From an uncultured Bacilli bacterium (GTDB lineage Bacteria > Bacillota_I > Bacilli_A > RFN20 > CAG-826), in assembly GCA_944350425.1 (NCBI GenBank), contig CALVOX010000001.1, forward strand, positions 106,212 to 170,211: 64,000 bases of DNA. The letters are read 5' to 3'. This document shows, in pieces, positions 50,329 to 59,910 of this stretch. A model generated the notes under the pieces. It was given only the letters and a program-made list of their open reading frames with translations. It ran no database searches and was not told the DNA's origin. Every line of letters starts with the position of its first letter. Positions within the stretch are counted from its first letter, which is position 1. A program made the translations under genes and the position numbers.

Positions 50329-51356
50329 TAATCATTACCTCCTTTTTTCTTATCAACTATTAAGTGTTTTGTAAGCTCGTTAATAGTATATTCAAGCATC
50401 GATAAGACAACATTATAATCCATACGTTTTGGACCAATAATTGCAATCTTACCTAAGGAATCACCTTCGATATCTATATCTTTTGTAATGATAGTTAAGT
50501 TATCTAAATCATCAGTAATTTCAGATGCGTCAATTATCATTTTTCCTTCATTCTTTGAAATTAAATCGTTTAAACGATCAGGATTTGAAAACAAGTCAAA
50601 TATTTTTTTTAGTTCATCAACATCATCCTTGAATTCAGGTTGAGTCAACATATTTTCTTTTCCATAGAATGTTGATCTTTCTTTTGCAATTTCGTAGAAA
50701 GTTTTAATCAACGTTGCAAATAAATAATCATAATTAACGACGTAATCTTTAAATATTGGTTTTAAGTTTTCAAGCTTTTCAACTAAATCGCAGACCTTTG
50801 TTCCAACTAGACGTTTATTTAACATTTCCATGCAATCTTTTACATCTTTCATTGAAACATTATCGTTTAAGATAAAAGTTTTATTTTCAACGTAACCTTT
50901 ATCCGTAACAAATATTGCGGAACAACTTTTTTCAGTAAGTGGGACAATTTGAATATTAGCAAGAGTTTCGGCATCACTATTAGGACCAATTACAACACTA
51001 GTTAAATTAGTAATTGAAGATAAAATATTACATGTTTCAGATATGACTTCTTCTAAAGACTTAGATGAAGAGAAGATTGATTGAATTTTATTTTTATATT
51101 TTTCATCAATTTTCTCATTTCTTAAGTTTTCAACGTAATATTTATATCCAGCTGATGTTGGAACTCTACCACCTGAAGTATGTGGCTTTTCAATTAACCC
51201 ATCTTTTTCAAGTTCAGCCATCTCATTACGAACTGTAGCACTAGCATAAGGGAGTTTATAAGCTTCAACTAAATAGCTAGATCCAACAGGTTTAGCATTT
51301 TTAACGAAATCTTCGATAATTAATTTTAGAATTTTTTCTTTTCTATTTAACTCCAT
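50328..51356 (-). CDS. hrcA: Heat-inducible transcription repressor HrcA
   Basis: wHTH N-terminus (VGSSYLVEAYKLPYASATVRNEMAELEKDGLIEKPHTSGGRVPT), the first gene of the dnaK operon, with CIRCE elements upstream. Confidence 0.88.
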   Translation of the reverse strand: MELNRKEKILKLIIEDFVKNAKPVGSSYLVEAYKLPYASATVRNEMAELEKDGLIEKPHTSGGRVPTSAGYKYYVENLRNEKIDEKYKNKIQSIFSSSKSLEEVISETCNILSSITNLTSVVIGPNSDAETLANIQIVPLTEKSCSAIFVTDKGYVENKTFILNDNVSMKDVKDCMEMLNKRLVGTKVCDLVEKLENLKPIFKDYVVNYDYLFATLIKTFYEIAKERSTFYGKENMLTQPEFKDDVDELKKIFDLFSNPDRLNDLISKNEGKMIIDASEITDDLDNLTIITKDIDIEGDSLGKIAIIGPKRMDYNVVLSMLEYTINELTKHLIVDKKKGGND

Positions 51357-51364
51357 AACTACCT

Positions 51365-51392
51365 TATAGCACTCCTTTTATCTAAGCGCTAG
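51365..51392 (-). promoter_or_regulatory. CIRCE-like operator 2 (degenerate), between the -10 and the RBS
   Basis: Minus strand CTAGCGCTT-AGATAAAAG-GAGTGCTAT. The right half-site is near consensus. It overlaps the AAAGGAG RBS. Confidence 0.55.
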
Positions 51393-51396
51393 AAAT

Positions 51397-51425
51397 ATCA
51401 TAATTACTAAATTTAGCACTGTCAA
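51397..51425 (-). promoter_or_regulatory. Sigma-70-type promoter of the hrcA operon: TTGACA, 17-nt spacer, TATGAT
   Basis: On the minus strand the sequence reads cacTTGACAgtgctaaatttagtaatTATGATattt. The -35 is embedded in the CIRCE-1 spacer. Confidence 0.55.
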
Positions 51426-51439
51426 GTGAAAGGTGCTAA
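51413..51439 (-). promoter_or_regulatory. CIRCE operator 1 (HrcA binding site)
   Basis: Minus strand TTAGCACC-TTTCACTTGA-CAGTGCTAA, compared with the consensus TTAGCACTC-N9-GAGTGCTAA. Confidence 0.8.
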
Positions 51440-52548
51440 AAATCGAAAAATTTTAACAATATAAAATCTAAAATAATCAAACCTTCATCGGTTAGATAAA
51501 ATCTATTTTTAGTTATCTTTGCAAGATTATCTTTGATAAGGCTATTTACTAGTACTTCATAGTCATCAACAAATTCACTTTTAAAAGTTTTTTTATAATC
51601 TTTTAATTTAAATCCATCTTTTAAACGAAGATTCGTCAAAAAGAAATATTCTTTCATTGTTTTTGGATTTACCACTTCTTTTTCAATTAAATCCTCTCTA
51701 TTCAAATAGTTAGATAATGATTTTGTAAAATTATAACGATTTGGATAAATATAACCATGGCTTGCAAGACCAAGCCCAACATATTCTTTATTTTTCCAAT
51801 AATTTAAATTATGTTTTGATTGATATTTTCTTTTCTTTGCAAAATTAGAGATTTCATATCGTTCATAACCATTATTTCTTAATTTGTTTAATATAAAATC
51901 ATAAAATTTTCTTGATAAGTCTTCATCTTGTTCTTCATATTTTTTGACATAAAAGATTGAACCTTCATCAACTATTAGAGAATAAATTGAAATATGATTA
52001 ACATCTAATTTGATAAATGAATTTAAATCTTCATCTAAATCTTTTAATGTTTGATCTTTAAATCCAAAAATTAAATCGATATTCATGTTTTTAATATATT
52101 TTTTAACTTTTTTAATTAACTCAAAATAATTGATAGAGTAATCTCTTTTTATCTCTTTTAATATAGATTTATTAAAGCTTTGAATACCAATTGAAATTCG
52201 ATTTATATTATATTCTTTAATTATTTGAAGAAAATTATCATCGATATCTTCAGGATTTGCTTCAATCGTAAATTCACACTTTTTCTTTTTTAATTTATTT
52301 AAAGTTTTAAGCAAATTAATTAAATTTTCACTACTTAAAATAGAGGGTGTTCCACCCCCTATGTAAATTGTTTTGAATTTTTTAAATTTCTTTTCTACCT
52401 CATTTAAATCTTCAATCAATCTTTTAATATATTGATCTTCCCAAGATTTATTTGAGTAAAATTTAACAAAATCACAATATGGACAAATATTTTTGCAAAA
52501 AGGAATATGTATATAAAGGCTATTTATTTTCTTTTTCTTTATCTTCAT
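51436..52548 (-). CDS. hemW: Radical-SAM heme chaperone HemW (HemN-like). I took the likely start to be MKIKKKK.
   Basis: CPYCDF (CxxxCxxC) radical-SAM motif in the HemN family. It lies between hrcA and lepA, as in Bacillus. Confidence 0.7.
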   Translation of the reverse strand: MKIKKKKINSLYIHIPFCKNICPYCDFVKFYSNKSWEDQYIKRLIEDLNEVEKKFKKFKTIYIGGGTPSILSSENLINLLKTLNKLKKKKCEFTIEANPEDIDDNFLQIIKEYNINRISIGIQSFNKSILKEIKRDYSINYFELIKKVKKYIKNMNIDLIFGFKDQTLKDLDEDLNSFIKLDVNHISIYSLIVDEGSIFYVKKYEEQDEDLSRKFYDFILNKLRNNGYERYEISNFAKKRKYQSKHNLNYWKNKEYVGLGLASHGYIYPNRYNFTKSLSNYLNREDLIEKEVVNPKTMKEYFFLTNLRLKDGFKLKDYKKTFKSEFVDDYEVLVNSLIKDNLAKITKNRFYLTDEGLIILDFILLKFFDF

Positions 52549-52774
52549 GTTCTTTTTGATATTTATCAAATTCGGCTTGCTGTGTATCGTCATCAACATC
52601 AACTAAGTATCTATCCATTGTTTCTTCTGCGATTTGCTCATCGCTTGGTTTTTCTTCTTTCTTATTCTTGTTGATGAAACGATGTATTAAGTAGGCTATA
52701 GCACCAATACAAACAGCAATAACGATAATAATTAAAAGTATTGCCCAGTTATTTTCATTTATCCAATCAAACAT
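52520..52774 (-). CDS. Small membrane protein: an N-terminal TM segment plus an acidic, charged tail (84 aa)
   Basis: The ORF sits in the operon between the Fic-like gene and hemW and overlaps the hemW start. It is hydrophobic and then highly acidic. Confidence 0.4.
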   Translation of the reverse strand: MFDWINENNWAILLIIIVIAVCIGAIAYLIHRFINKNKKEEKPSDEQIAEETMDRYLVDVDDDTQQAEFDKYQKEHEDKEKENK

Positions 52775-52793
52775 TTTTGTCTAATCTCCGATA

Positions 52794-54176
52794 CTATCTC
52801 TTTTTAACAGGTATATAAATATACTTATTCTTAAAAAGTTCTTTTCTATAATATCCTAAATAAACTAAATTATCCATACTTGTTCTTGCAGTTTCATAAG
52901 CACAACCAATCTCTTTTTTATACATTGCAATAGTATATTTACTTCCAAGAGTGCAGTGTCTTGCGTAAAAAGCTGCTTGACCATAACTTAAATTTGGATT
53001 CATTTCGATTAATTTTTCTTCAAGTTTTTTAGCTTCTTGTTCGCTTAAACCAGTTGGGATTGTATCTAAAGCGACTTGTCTATCATAGTTAATTTTATTT
53101 TCATCACTCTTAACATTTGAAGAGACTGATTTAGTTTCAATTTGTTCTTCAAGTTCAGAAAGGTTAGGCATTGCATTAACATCTTTCTTTTCTTCTTGGA
53201 ACATTTCTTTAGCCACATCATTTGCTTTAGCCAAACCAATAAGTTTCATTGCATTATCAATGATTGTTTCGCTATTTTTTAAGACATAATGTAAAAAATA
53301 TGTTAAATCTAAAGATTTTTGTGATTCTAAAAGTTCTTTTTCGAAAGTATCTTTATCACTTAATAAGGTTTCAAAATTAAGTAATGTACCAACTTCATCA
53401 AGTCCAGATGCAGCAAGACAATATTTAAAAGTTAAAATCGCTAAATCTTCACTATAAGTTTCAGTAGGCTTAACATAATAAACATAATATAAAGAGCAAG
53501 CTGCTTTAACAAACATTGAAATCGAAGGATCGTTTATAAAAGAAACTAAATCTTGAACTGCTTTAGAAATACCATTAGTAGGAATTCCTAAATATAATTT
53601 ATTAATCAAAGATCTTGATAATGAATTACTAATTTCACTAGTTCTAAATGAAGTTTCTTCATTTCCTTGAATAATAGAAACATAATCTTTTAATGAATTT
53701 TGGTTAAAATCAACTAAATAATTATCAGCAATATTTTCTAAAGCTAAATAATAATGATATAAAACCATTAATTCGGGCGAAATTGCACTAACATTTTTAT
53801 TTAGAATACGATTTAAAGAAATTTCATCTATTTGTAAATTATAATTTTTAGCAACAGTTTCTAATATCGATTTAAAACAAAGTCTTTTAAAATTTGAGTC
53901 AGTCTTAGTATTAATTAATCTTAAATATTGAGAGTAAACTCTCATTAATTTTCTTTCAATATTATTTACTCTTTCCAAAACTCCAGGAGTTAAACATACA
54001 CTATATTGAGTTCCTGTAATATGTCTAAGTTTAGTAAGTTTCATGAAATTGCCACGATATTCTAAAACCCCATTCCAGATCGAATCAATCATTGGAGTTT
54101 TCATATATTCGGCAACATCTTTTTTATTAGCATAAACATCATTGCTAAATTTAATAGCTAAATCATTATTGGCCAT
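52794..54176 (-). CDS. Hypothetical protein, possibly a degenerate Fic-domain protein with a C-terminal winged-helix domain
   Basis: RBS AAGGGGAAA. The segment VKPTETYSEDLAIL aligns with the Fic motif HPFxDGNGRxxRLL but lacks the catalytic His and GNGR. The C-terminal region is wHTH-like. Confidence 0.4.
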   Translation of the reverse strand: MANNDLAIKFSNDVYANKKDVAEYMKTPMIDSIWNGVLEYRGNFMKLTKLRHITGTQYSVCLTPGVLERVNNIERKLMRVYSQYLRLINTKTDSNFKRLCFKSILETVAKNYNLQIDEISLNRILNKNVSAISPELMVLYHYYLALENIADNYLVDFNQNSLKDYVSIIQGNEETSFRTSEISNSLSRSLINKLYLGIPTNGISKAVQDLVSFINDPSISMFVKAACSLYYVYYVKPTETYSEDLAILTFKYCLAASGLDEVGTLLNFETLLSDKDTFEKELLESQKSLDLTYFLHYVLKNSETIIDNAMKLIGLAKANDVAKEMFQEEKKDVNAMPNLSELEEQIETKSVSSNVKSDENKINYDRQVALDTIPTGLSEQEAKKLEEKLIEMNPNLSYGQAAFYARHCTLGSKYTIAMYKKEIGCAYETARTSMDNLVYLGYYRKELFKNKYIYIPVKKR

Positions 54177-54297
54177 AAAATTTCCCCTTAATAATGATTT
54201 AATTATAAAATAGTATTCAAAATAATAAAAGAAAAAATTACTAATTATTGACTAATAAGATACTTTAAGAGTCCTAAAAGATTATTAAATCCTAGAA

Positions 54298-56112
54298 TCA
54301 ATCTTTATCCTCTCCAATATCAAGAATTGAGGTAAAAGCTTCTTGAGGAAGTTCAACACTTCCAACCATTTTCATTCTCTTCTTACCTTCTTTTTGTTTT
54401 TCTAATAGCTTTCTTTTTCTAGAAATATCTCCGCCATAACATTTAGCTAAAACGTCTTTTCTTACAGCTTTAACATCAGCTCTAGCGATAACTTTTCCAT
54501 TAATTGCTGCTTGAATAGGAACTTCAAATTGTTGACGAGGAATAACTTCTTTTAATCTTGAAACAAGTTTTAAACCCTTCTTATAAGCATCTTTTTTATA
54601 AACTATAGAAGACAAAGCATCAATTACATCACCATTTAACAAAATATCCATTTTTGCTAAATCAGAAACGCGGTAATCACTAATTTCATAGTCTAAAGAT
54701 GCGTAACCTTTTGTATATGATTTTAATTTATCAAAGAAATTATAAATAATTTCACTTAAAGGAATTTCATAAACTAAAACTCGACGAGTAGCATCAAAAT
54801 ATTGTTGATCGATATAAACTCCTCTCCTATCTTGGCAAAGTTGCATGATAGGACCAATATATTCTTCAGGGGTCATAATTTGAGCCTTTACATATGGCTC
54901 TTCTATCTGTTTAACTAATGTTAAATCAGGCATTTTAGAAGGATTATCTAAATTCATAACGCTTCCATCTGTTAAATAAACTTTATAAATAACACTTGGT
55001 GAAGTAAGAATTAAGTCTAAACCATATTCTCTTTCAAGTCTTTCTTGAACAACGTCCATATGAAGAAGGCCTAAAAAACCACATCTAAAACCAAAACCTA
55101 AAGCTTGTGAAGTTTCAGGTTCATAACGTAAAGAAGAATCACTCAAACATAATTTTTCTAAAGCATCTTTTAAATCACCATATTTTCTTGAGTCTGTTGG
55201 ATAAATTCCACTATAAACCATCGGTTTAATTTTTCTATATCCTGGTAAAGATTCTTTTGCCGGATAATCAAATAAAGTTATCGTATCGCCAACATCGACA
55301 TCCTTAATATCTCTAATTTGCGCACAAAGATAACCGACTTCGCCACAATTAAGTTCTTTTGTCGAAATTTCTTTTGGAGTTCTAATACCAAGTTCTGTTA
55401 CAACAAAACTTGCACCACTTCTCATTAATAAAATCTTATCGCCAACTTTTACTTTTCCATCTTTAACCCTAATAAGAATTACAACTCCACGATAAGGATC
55501 GTAATATGAATCAAAAATCAAAGCTTTCAAAGGATTTGAATTATCTCCACTTGGAGCAGGAATATCACTCACTATTCTTTCTAATATTTCTTTAATATTT
55601 TCACCAGTTTTTGCGCTAACAGGGATAGCTCCATCTCCATCAATACCAATTCTTTCAGTTAATTCTTCGCGACAATAATCAATTCTTGCACTTGGAAGAT
55701 CTATTTTATTTATAACCGGAATGATAGTTAAATCATTATCAACTGCTAAATATAAATTGGCTAAAGTTTGAGCCTCAATTCCTTGAGTAGCGTCAATAAC
55801 TAGTAAAGCCCCTTCACATGCTGCTAAAGAACGAGAAACTTCGTAAGTAAAGTCGACATGCCCAGGAGTATCGATAAGGTTAAAAATATAAGTTTTTCCA
55901 TCGTTAGCGTTATATTTTAAAGTAACTGCGTTTAATTTAATTGTAATGCCTCTTTCTCTTTCTAAATCCATAGAATCAAGAATTTGGTCTTTCATTTCTC
56001 TTTTTTCTATCGTTTCAGTTAACTCTAAAATACGATCACAGATTGTAGACTTTCCGTGATCAATATGGGCAATAACTGAAAAATTTCTAATAACTGACTT
56101 ATCGTAATTCAT
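54298..56112 (-). CDS. lepA: Elongation factor 4 (LepA)
   Basis: [10 protein letters not shown]1 motif, DTPGHVDF, and the LepA-specific C-terminal domain. Length 604 aa. Confidence 0.93.
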   Translation of the reverse strand: MNYDKSVIRNFSVIAHIDHGKSTICDRILELTETIEKREMKDQILDSMDLERERGITIKLNAVTLKYNANDGKTYIFNLIDTPGHVDFTYEVSRSLAACEGALLVIDATQGIEAQTLANLYLAVDNDLTIIPVINKIDLPSARIDYCREELTERIGIDGDGAIPVSAKTGENIKEILERIVSDIPAPSGDNSNPLKALIFDSYYDPYRGVVILIRVKDGKVKVGDKILLMRSGASFVVTELGIRTPKEISTKELNCGEVGYLCAQIRDIKDVDVGDTITLFDYPAKESLPGYRKIKPMVYSGIYPTDSRKYGDLKDALEKLCLSDSSLRYEPETSQALGFGFRCGFLGLLHMDVVQERLEREYGLDLILTSPSVIYKVYLTDGSVMNLDNPSKMPDLTLVKQIEEPYVKAQIMTPEEYIGPIMQLCQDRRGVYIDQQYFDATRRVLVYEIPLSEIIYNFFDKLKSYTKGYASLDYEISDYRVSDLAKMDILLNGDVIDALSSIVYKKDAYKKGLKLVSRLKEVIPRQQFEVPIQAAINGKVIARADVKAVRKDVLAKCYGGDISRKRKLLEKQKEGKKRMKMVGSVELPQEAFTSILDIGEDKD

Positions 56113-56138
56113 AATTTATTAATATACCATAAATGGTT

Positions 56139-58505
56139 TTACTTTTTGTAAAATTTTAAAACTTCTTCTTCGATTTCGTTTTTATCTTTTACGAATTTAA
56201 AGTTTTTATAAGCAGAATCAAACAAGAATGAATAAGAATAATAATGGTATCGGTTATCAATTAATAAAGCCATTCCTCGATCGTTTTCACTTCTAATTAT
56301 TCTTCCAATTGCTTGTCTAATTTTGCTTATTCCAGGATAAACAAATGCATAGTCATAGCCTTTTTTATTTTTATTATAATAATTTTGTAACTGTCTATTT
56401 TCTAGATTATATGTTGGAAGTCCTACTCCGATAATGACCGTACCAATTAATCGATCATTTTCTAAAGAAATTGCTTCCGAAAAACTTCCGCCTAAAACAC
56501 ATATTCCAATATTTGTAACAGCTGTGTTTTCAACAAAATTATCAAGGAAAATATCTCTATCTTCTTTTTTCATCGTTTTATTTTGAACAAAAATGTTAAA
56601 TTTTTCGAACCTAAAATCTACTAAAAGCTTAGAAGAAAGATTCTCCAAATATTCAAAAGAAGGGCAAAAAATCATATAATTACCGACTTTTGATCTAACA
56701 AAACTTTCAATTCCAGAAATAACATCTTCCATTGTAAAAAGTCTATCTTTATATCGGATTGAAACATTATTATCAACTAATACACGTAAATTTTCACTAT
56801 TATATGGCGATTCAAAAATTATCGATTCATAATCTGAATTGCCAATAAGAACCGAAGCATAATAGCTAAATGGAGTTAAAGTTCCGCTAAAAATTAAGCT
56901 TCCATAAAGCATTTTTAATTTTGGATAAATGTAAGTTGCGGCATCTAGACAATTAAGTTTTAAAGTTAATTCATTTTTCTCTTTAGTTAAATTGATAGTG
57001 TAATTTTCAGGGGAATAAAATTCATATATTTTCAAAAATCTAAAAACATCAATACTTAAATTTTTATATTTAGTAGCTGTTTGAATTTTATCTTTCTTTT
57101 TATAACTTAAAAATAAATCTTCAAATTTTCTTAAGGTATCTATTAAAGCGAAATCAACATTGTTAGCCTGAATTTCTTTCGCTTTATCATCAAAATATGT
57201 TAAAAATTCAAGAAAAATTGATTTAATTTTCGCAATATTTGTTTTTAAAGTTTTATATTTTAATTTACTTACTTCTTTTAAAGCTTCGTTTATTGTTGAT
57301 AAAGATAAAATTGCTGAATACATATCTCTAGCTCTATCGACTAAATTATGTCCTTCATCAACTAAAATAGATTTCTTGTATTTTTTTAAATTTTCTTCAG
57401 CAAAGAATCTTTGCATATAAGATATTGGGTGAAAAATATAGTTATAATCGCAAATTAGAAAATCACAATAAGTTGAGATATCTAAAGATAATTCAAAAGG
57501 GCAAACATGAAACTTATTTACTAATTCATCAAATACCTCTTTTGTGAAAATATCATAATTTTTTAAGGAATAACTTAAAACTTCGTAAAGTTTTGTATAA
57601 TATCCTTTTGCAAAAGGGCAAATATCAGGATTACATACTTTATTTTCACTTTGGCAGACGCATGATTTTTCTCTTGAATAAATGTTAACTGCTTTAATTT
57701 TTAATCCATCTTTTGAAAGAATATTTAATGCAAAAATCGCAGCATTAAATCCTTCGTTTTTCGCGCTTAAATAAAATATTTTTTCAGTTAATCTATCTCT
57801 CATTGCCTCTAGACATCCATAGATAACTGATATAGATTTTCCAATTCCAGTACTTGCTTCGACAAAACTTATATTTTTATCTTTTACTGTATCATATGTA
57901 TAATCGATTAATTCTTTTTGACCTTTACGATAAAAATTGAATGGAAAAGACATTTTTTGAAGAGATTCTTCTTTTTTAGTTTGAAAGGTTTTTGTTATGT
58001 TTAAAAAAGCAATATATTTATCAAAAAAAGAATTAACGATGTTAATTAACGTTTCTTTAGTATAATTATAGTCTTTTATTAGTCTTTTTTTGGAGACTTG
58101 AGAAAGATAAACTAATCTCAAATTAATCCTATCTAAGTTATTATCTAGGCAATAAATTAGGCCATAAACTTGTGCTTGGCCTAAATGCCAAATTTCATTT
58201 TCTTGGTGGAAAGTTTCAAGGTCTTTATTCGTTGATTTTATTTCTTCTATGATAGGAATAGAATTATCTGTTTTAACAATTAAACCATCACATCTTCCGT
58301 GAATATCAAAATTATAATCATCGTAGATAAACTCGTGAGATAAATATACTTCGCTAATATAAGACGAATCTTGTTCTGATTGATATTTTTTATGAAGTCT
58401 AGTGCCTTCTTGCATTGTTTCATCGTTAAAATAACGGTTATCAATGTCACCGGTTCTTAAAACAAAATCAACTAAATCATGTACACTTAAACTTATGTAA
58501 TTCAT
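56139..58505 (-). CDS. Fusion of a RecB-family PD-(D/E)xK nuclease domain (N-terminal) with an XPD/DinG-like Fe-S superfamily-2 DNA helicase
   Basis: N-terminal nuclease motifs: EGTRLHKKYQ (GhH..E/Q), GRCDGLI (D), EEIKS (ExK) and QAQVYGLIY (QxxxY). The helicase part has ASTGIGKS Walker A, a 4-Cys Fe-S module CVCQSENKVCNPDICP, and VDEGHNL (DEAH). The start overlaps the fmt stop (TAATG). Confidence 0.65.
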   Translation of the reverse strand: MNYISLSVHDLVDFVLRTGDIDNRYFNDETMQEGTRLHKKYQSEQDSSYISEVYLSHEFIYDDYNFDIHGRCDGLIVKTDNSIPIIEEIKSTNKDLETFHQENEIWHLGQAQVYGLIYCLDNNLDRINLRLVYLSQVSKKRLIKDYNYTKETLINIVNSFFDKYIAFLNITKTFQTKKEESLQKMSFPFNFYRKGQKELIDYTYDTVKDKNISFVEASTGIGKSISVIYGCLEAMRDRLTEKIFYLSAKNEGFNAAIFALNILSKDGLKIKAVNIYSREKSCVCQSENKVCNPDICPFAKGYYTKLYEVLSYSLKNYDIFTKEVFDELVNKFHVCPFELSLDISTYCDFLICDYNYIFHPISYMQRFFAEENLKKYKKSILVDEGHNLVDRARDMYSAILSLSTINEALKEVSKLKYKTLKTNIAKIKSIFLEFLTYFDDKAKEIQANNVDFALIDTLRKFEDLFLSYKKKDKIQTATKYKNLSIDVFRFLKIYEFYSPENYTINLTKEKNELTLKLNCLDAATYIYPKLKMLYGSLIFSGTLTPFSYYASVLIGNSDYESIIFESPYNSENLRVLVDNNVSIRYKDRLFTMEDVISGIESFVRSKVGNYMIFCPSFEYLENLSSKLLVDFRFEKFNIFVQNKTMKKEDRDIFLDNFVENTAVTNIGICVLGGSFSEAISLENDRLIGTVIIGVGLPTYNLENRQLQNYYNKNKKGYDYAFVYPGISKIRQAIGRIIRSENDRGMALLIDNRYHYYSYSFLFDSAYKNFKFVKDKNEIEEEVLKFYKK

Positions 58506-59452
58506 TAAATAACCTTGTTAATTTCGAAATCTTTTGAATTTCCGTTATAAAAATCTCCAATTCCCATAACTTTTTTTCCTTGTTTTTGAATTAATAATAC
58601 TTTTATTGCCCCATCTTTTGTTTTTATTAATAGTTCTTTTTTATTGAAAGCAATAATTGCACCACAATCTAAATTTGAATTTTCTAAAGCTTTCTCTGCT
58701 TTTAATATTTTATATTTTATATTATTAAAAACAAAATATGCTCCCGGATGAGTTGAAAGAGCTCTAATTTTATTAACTATTTCATCGCTTGTTTTATCAA
58801 AAGTTATAATTTCATCTTCAGGCAATATCTTTTTAGTAAAAGTAACAAGATCTTCGTTTTGTTCTTCTCCTTCTAATTCATTATTTAGATATTTATCGAG
58901 ATATTCTTCAACTATTTCAAAACAAGCTTGCTCCATTTTAATTACGGTTGAATCATAGTTATCGTCTAAAGTTAATGGAAATTTCTTTACGGCATACATT
59001 CTTCCAGCATCCATTTTGTCGACCATTTCCATTAAAGTAACGCCAGTTTCTTTATCTCCGTTTAATAAGGCATATTGAATAGGAGCAGCTCCTCTATACT
59101 TAGGTAAAATTGATCCGTGCAAATTTAAACAACCATACTTAGGAATAGTTAAAATGTCATGAGAAATAATTTGTCCATAAGAAAGAGTTAAAATTAAATC
59201 AGGTTCTAATTTTTTTAATTCTTGATAATGTTCTCGAACTTTTTTAAATTGATAGGTAGGAATATTATATTTATTCGCTACAACTTTTGTAGGTACAGGC
59301 TCAATAATATTTTTTCTACCAACAGGCTTATCTTCTTGAGCGACAACACCTATAACATTGTAGTTATTTTCTAACATTTTCTCTAAAACATAAGCACTAA
59401 TTTCTGGAGTGCCAAAAAATAGGATTTTGATATCTTTTTTTGAAACCGACAT
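58505..59452 (-). CDS. fmt: Methionyl-tRNA formyltransferase
   Basis: N-terminal formyltransferase fold (ILFFGTPE) with the HGSILPKYRGAAPI motif. Confidence 0.88.
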   Translation of the reverse strand: MSVSKKDIKILFFGTPEISAYVLEKMLENNYNVIGVVAQEDKPVGRKNIIEPVPTKVVANKYNIPTYQFKKVREHYQELKKLEPDLILTLSYGQIISHDILTIPKYGCLNLHGSILPKYRGAAPIQYALLNGDKETGVTLMEMVDKMDAGRMYAVKKFPLTLDDNYDSTVIKMEQACFEIVEEYLDKYLNNELEGEEQNEDLVTFTKKILPEDEIITFDKTSDEIVNKIRALSTHPGAYFVFNNIKYKILKAEKALENSNLDCGAIIAFNKKELLIKTKDGAIKVLLIQKQGKKVMGIGDFYNGNSKDFEINKVI

Positions 59453-59545
59453 TAAATCTTCCTCCTGTTCTTATTCTCTTGATTTTATCAAGATTTTCTC
59501 TAAAATTATACTCGAAACAACGATTAAAAAATACAGAATTTTACA

Positions 59546-59574
59546 TTGATTTTAATAAGTTGTTTTGATAGAAT
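59546..59574 (+). promoter_or_regulatory. Sigma-70-type promoter for rpsT: TTGATT, 17-nt spacer, TAGAAT
   Basis: -35 at 59546-59551 and -10 at 59569-59574. A GAGGT RBS lies before the ATG at 59604. Confidence 0.6.
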
Positions 59575-59603
59575 ACTATGCGTATCGATTGAGGTAAATA
59601 ACA

Positions 59604-59867
59604 ATGGCAAACATTAAATCACAAATCAAAAGAAATAAAACAAACGAAAAGGCTAGATTAAGAAATATTTCTTATAAATCAAAATTAAGAACTGCTGCTA
59701 AAAAAGTAAGACTTGCTTGTGAAGCTAAAGATTTAGAAAAAGCACAATCAGAATTAAAAGTTGCAGTTTCAGTTATCGATAGAGCTGTTGTTAAAGGTAT
59801 TGTCCACAAAAAGACAGCTGCAAGAGAAAAATCCACACTTCAACATCTAGTTAATTCTTTAAAGTAA
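59604..59867 (+). CDS. rpsT: 30S ribosomal protein S20
   Basis: MANIKSQIKRNKTNEKARLRN matches the S20 N-terminus. Length 87 aa. Confidence 0.88.
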   Translation: MANIKSQIKRNKTNEKARLRNISYKSKLRTAAKKVRLACEAKDLEKAQSELKVAVSVIDRAVVKGIVHKKTAAREKSTLQHLVNSLK

Positions 59868-59878
59868 TTTCTGTAATT

Positions 59879-59908
59879 AATCGCTCTAATGTGAGCGATT
59901 TTTTATTT
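59879..59908. terminator. Rho-independent terminator after rpsT
   Basis: aatcgctc-taatgt-gagcgatt hairpin followed by a T-run. Confidence 0.65.
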
Positions 59909-59910
59909 GC

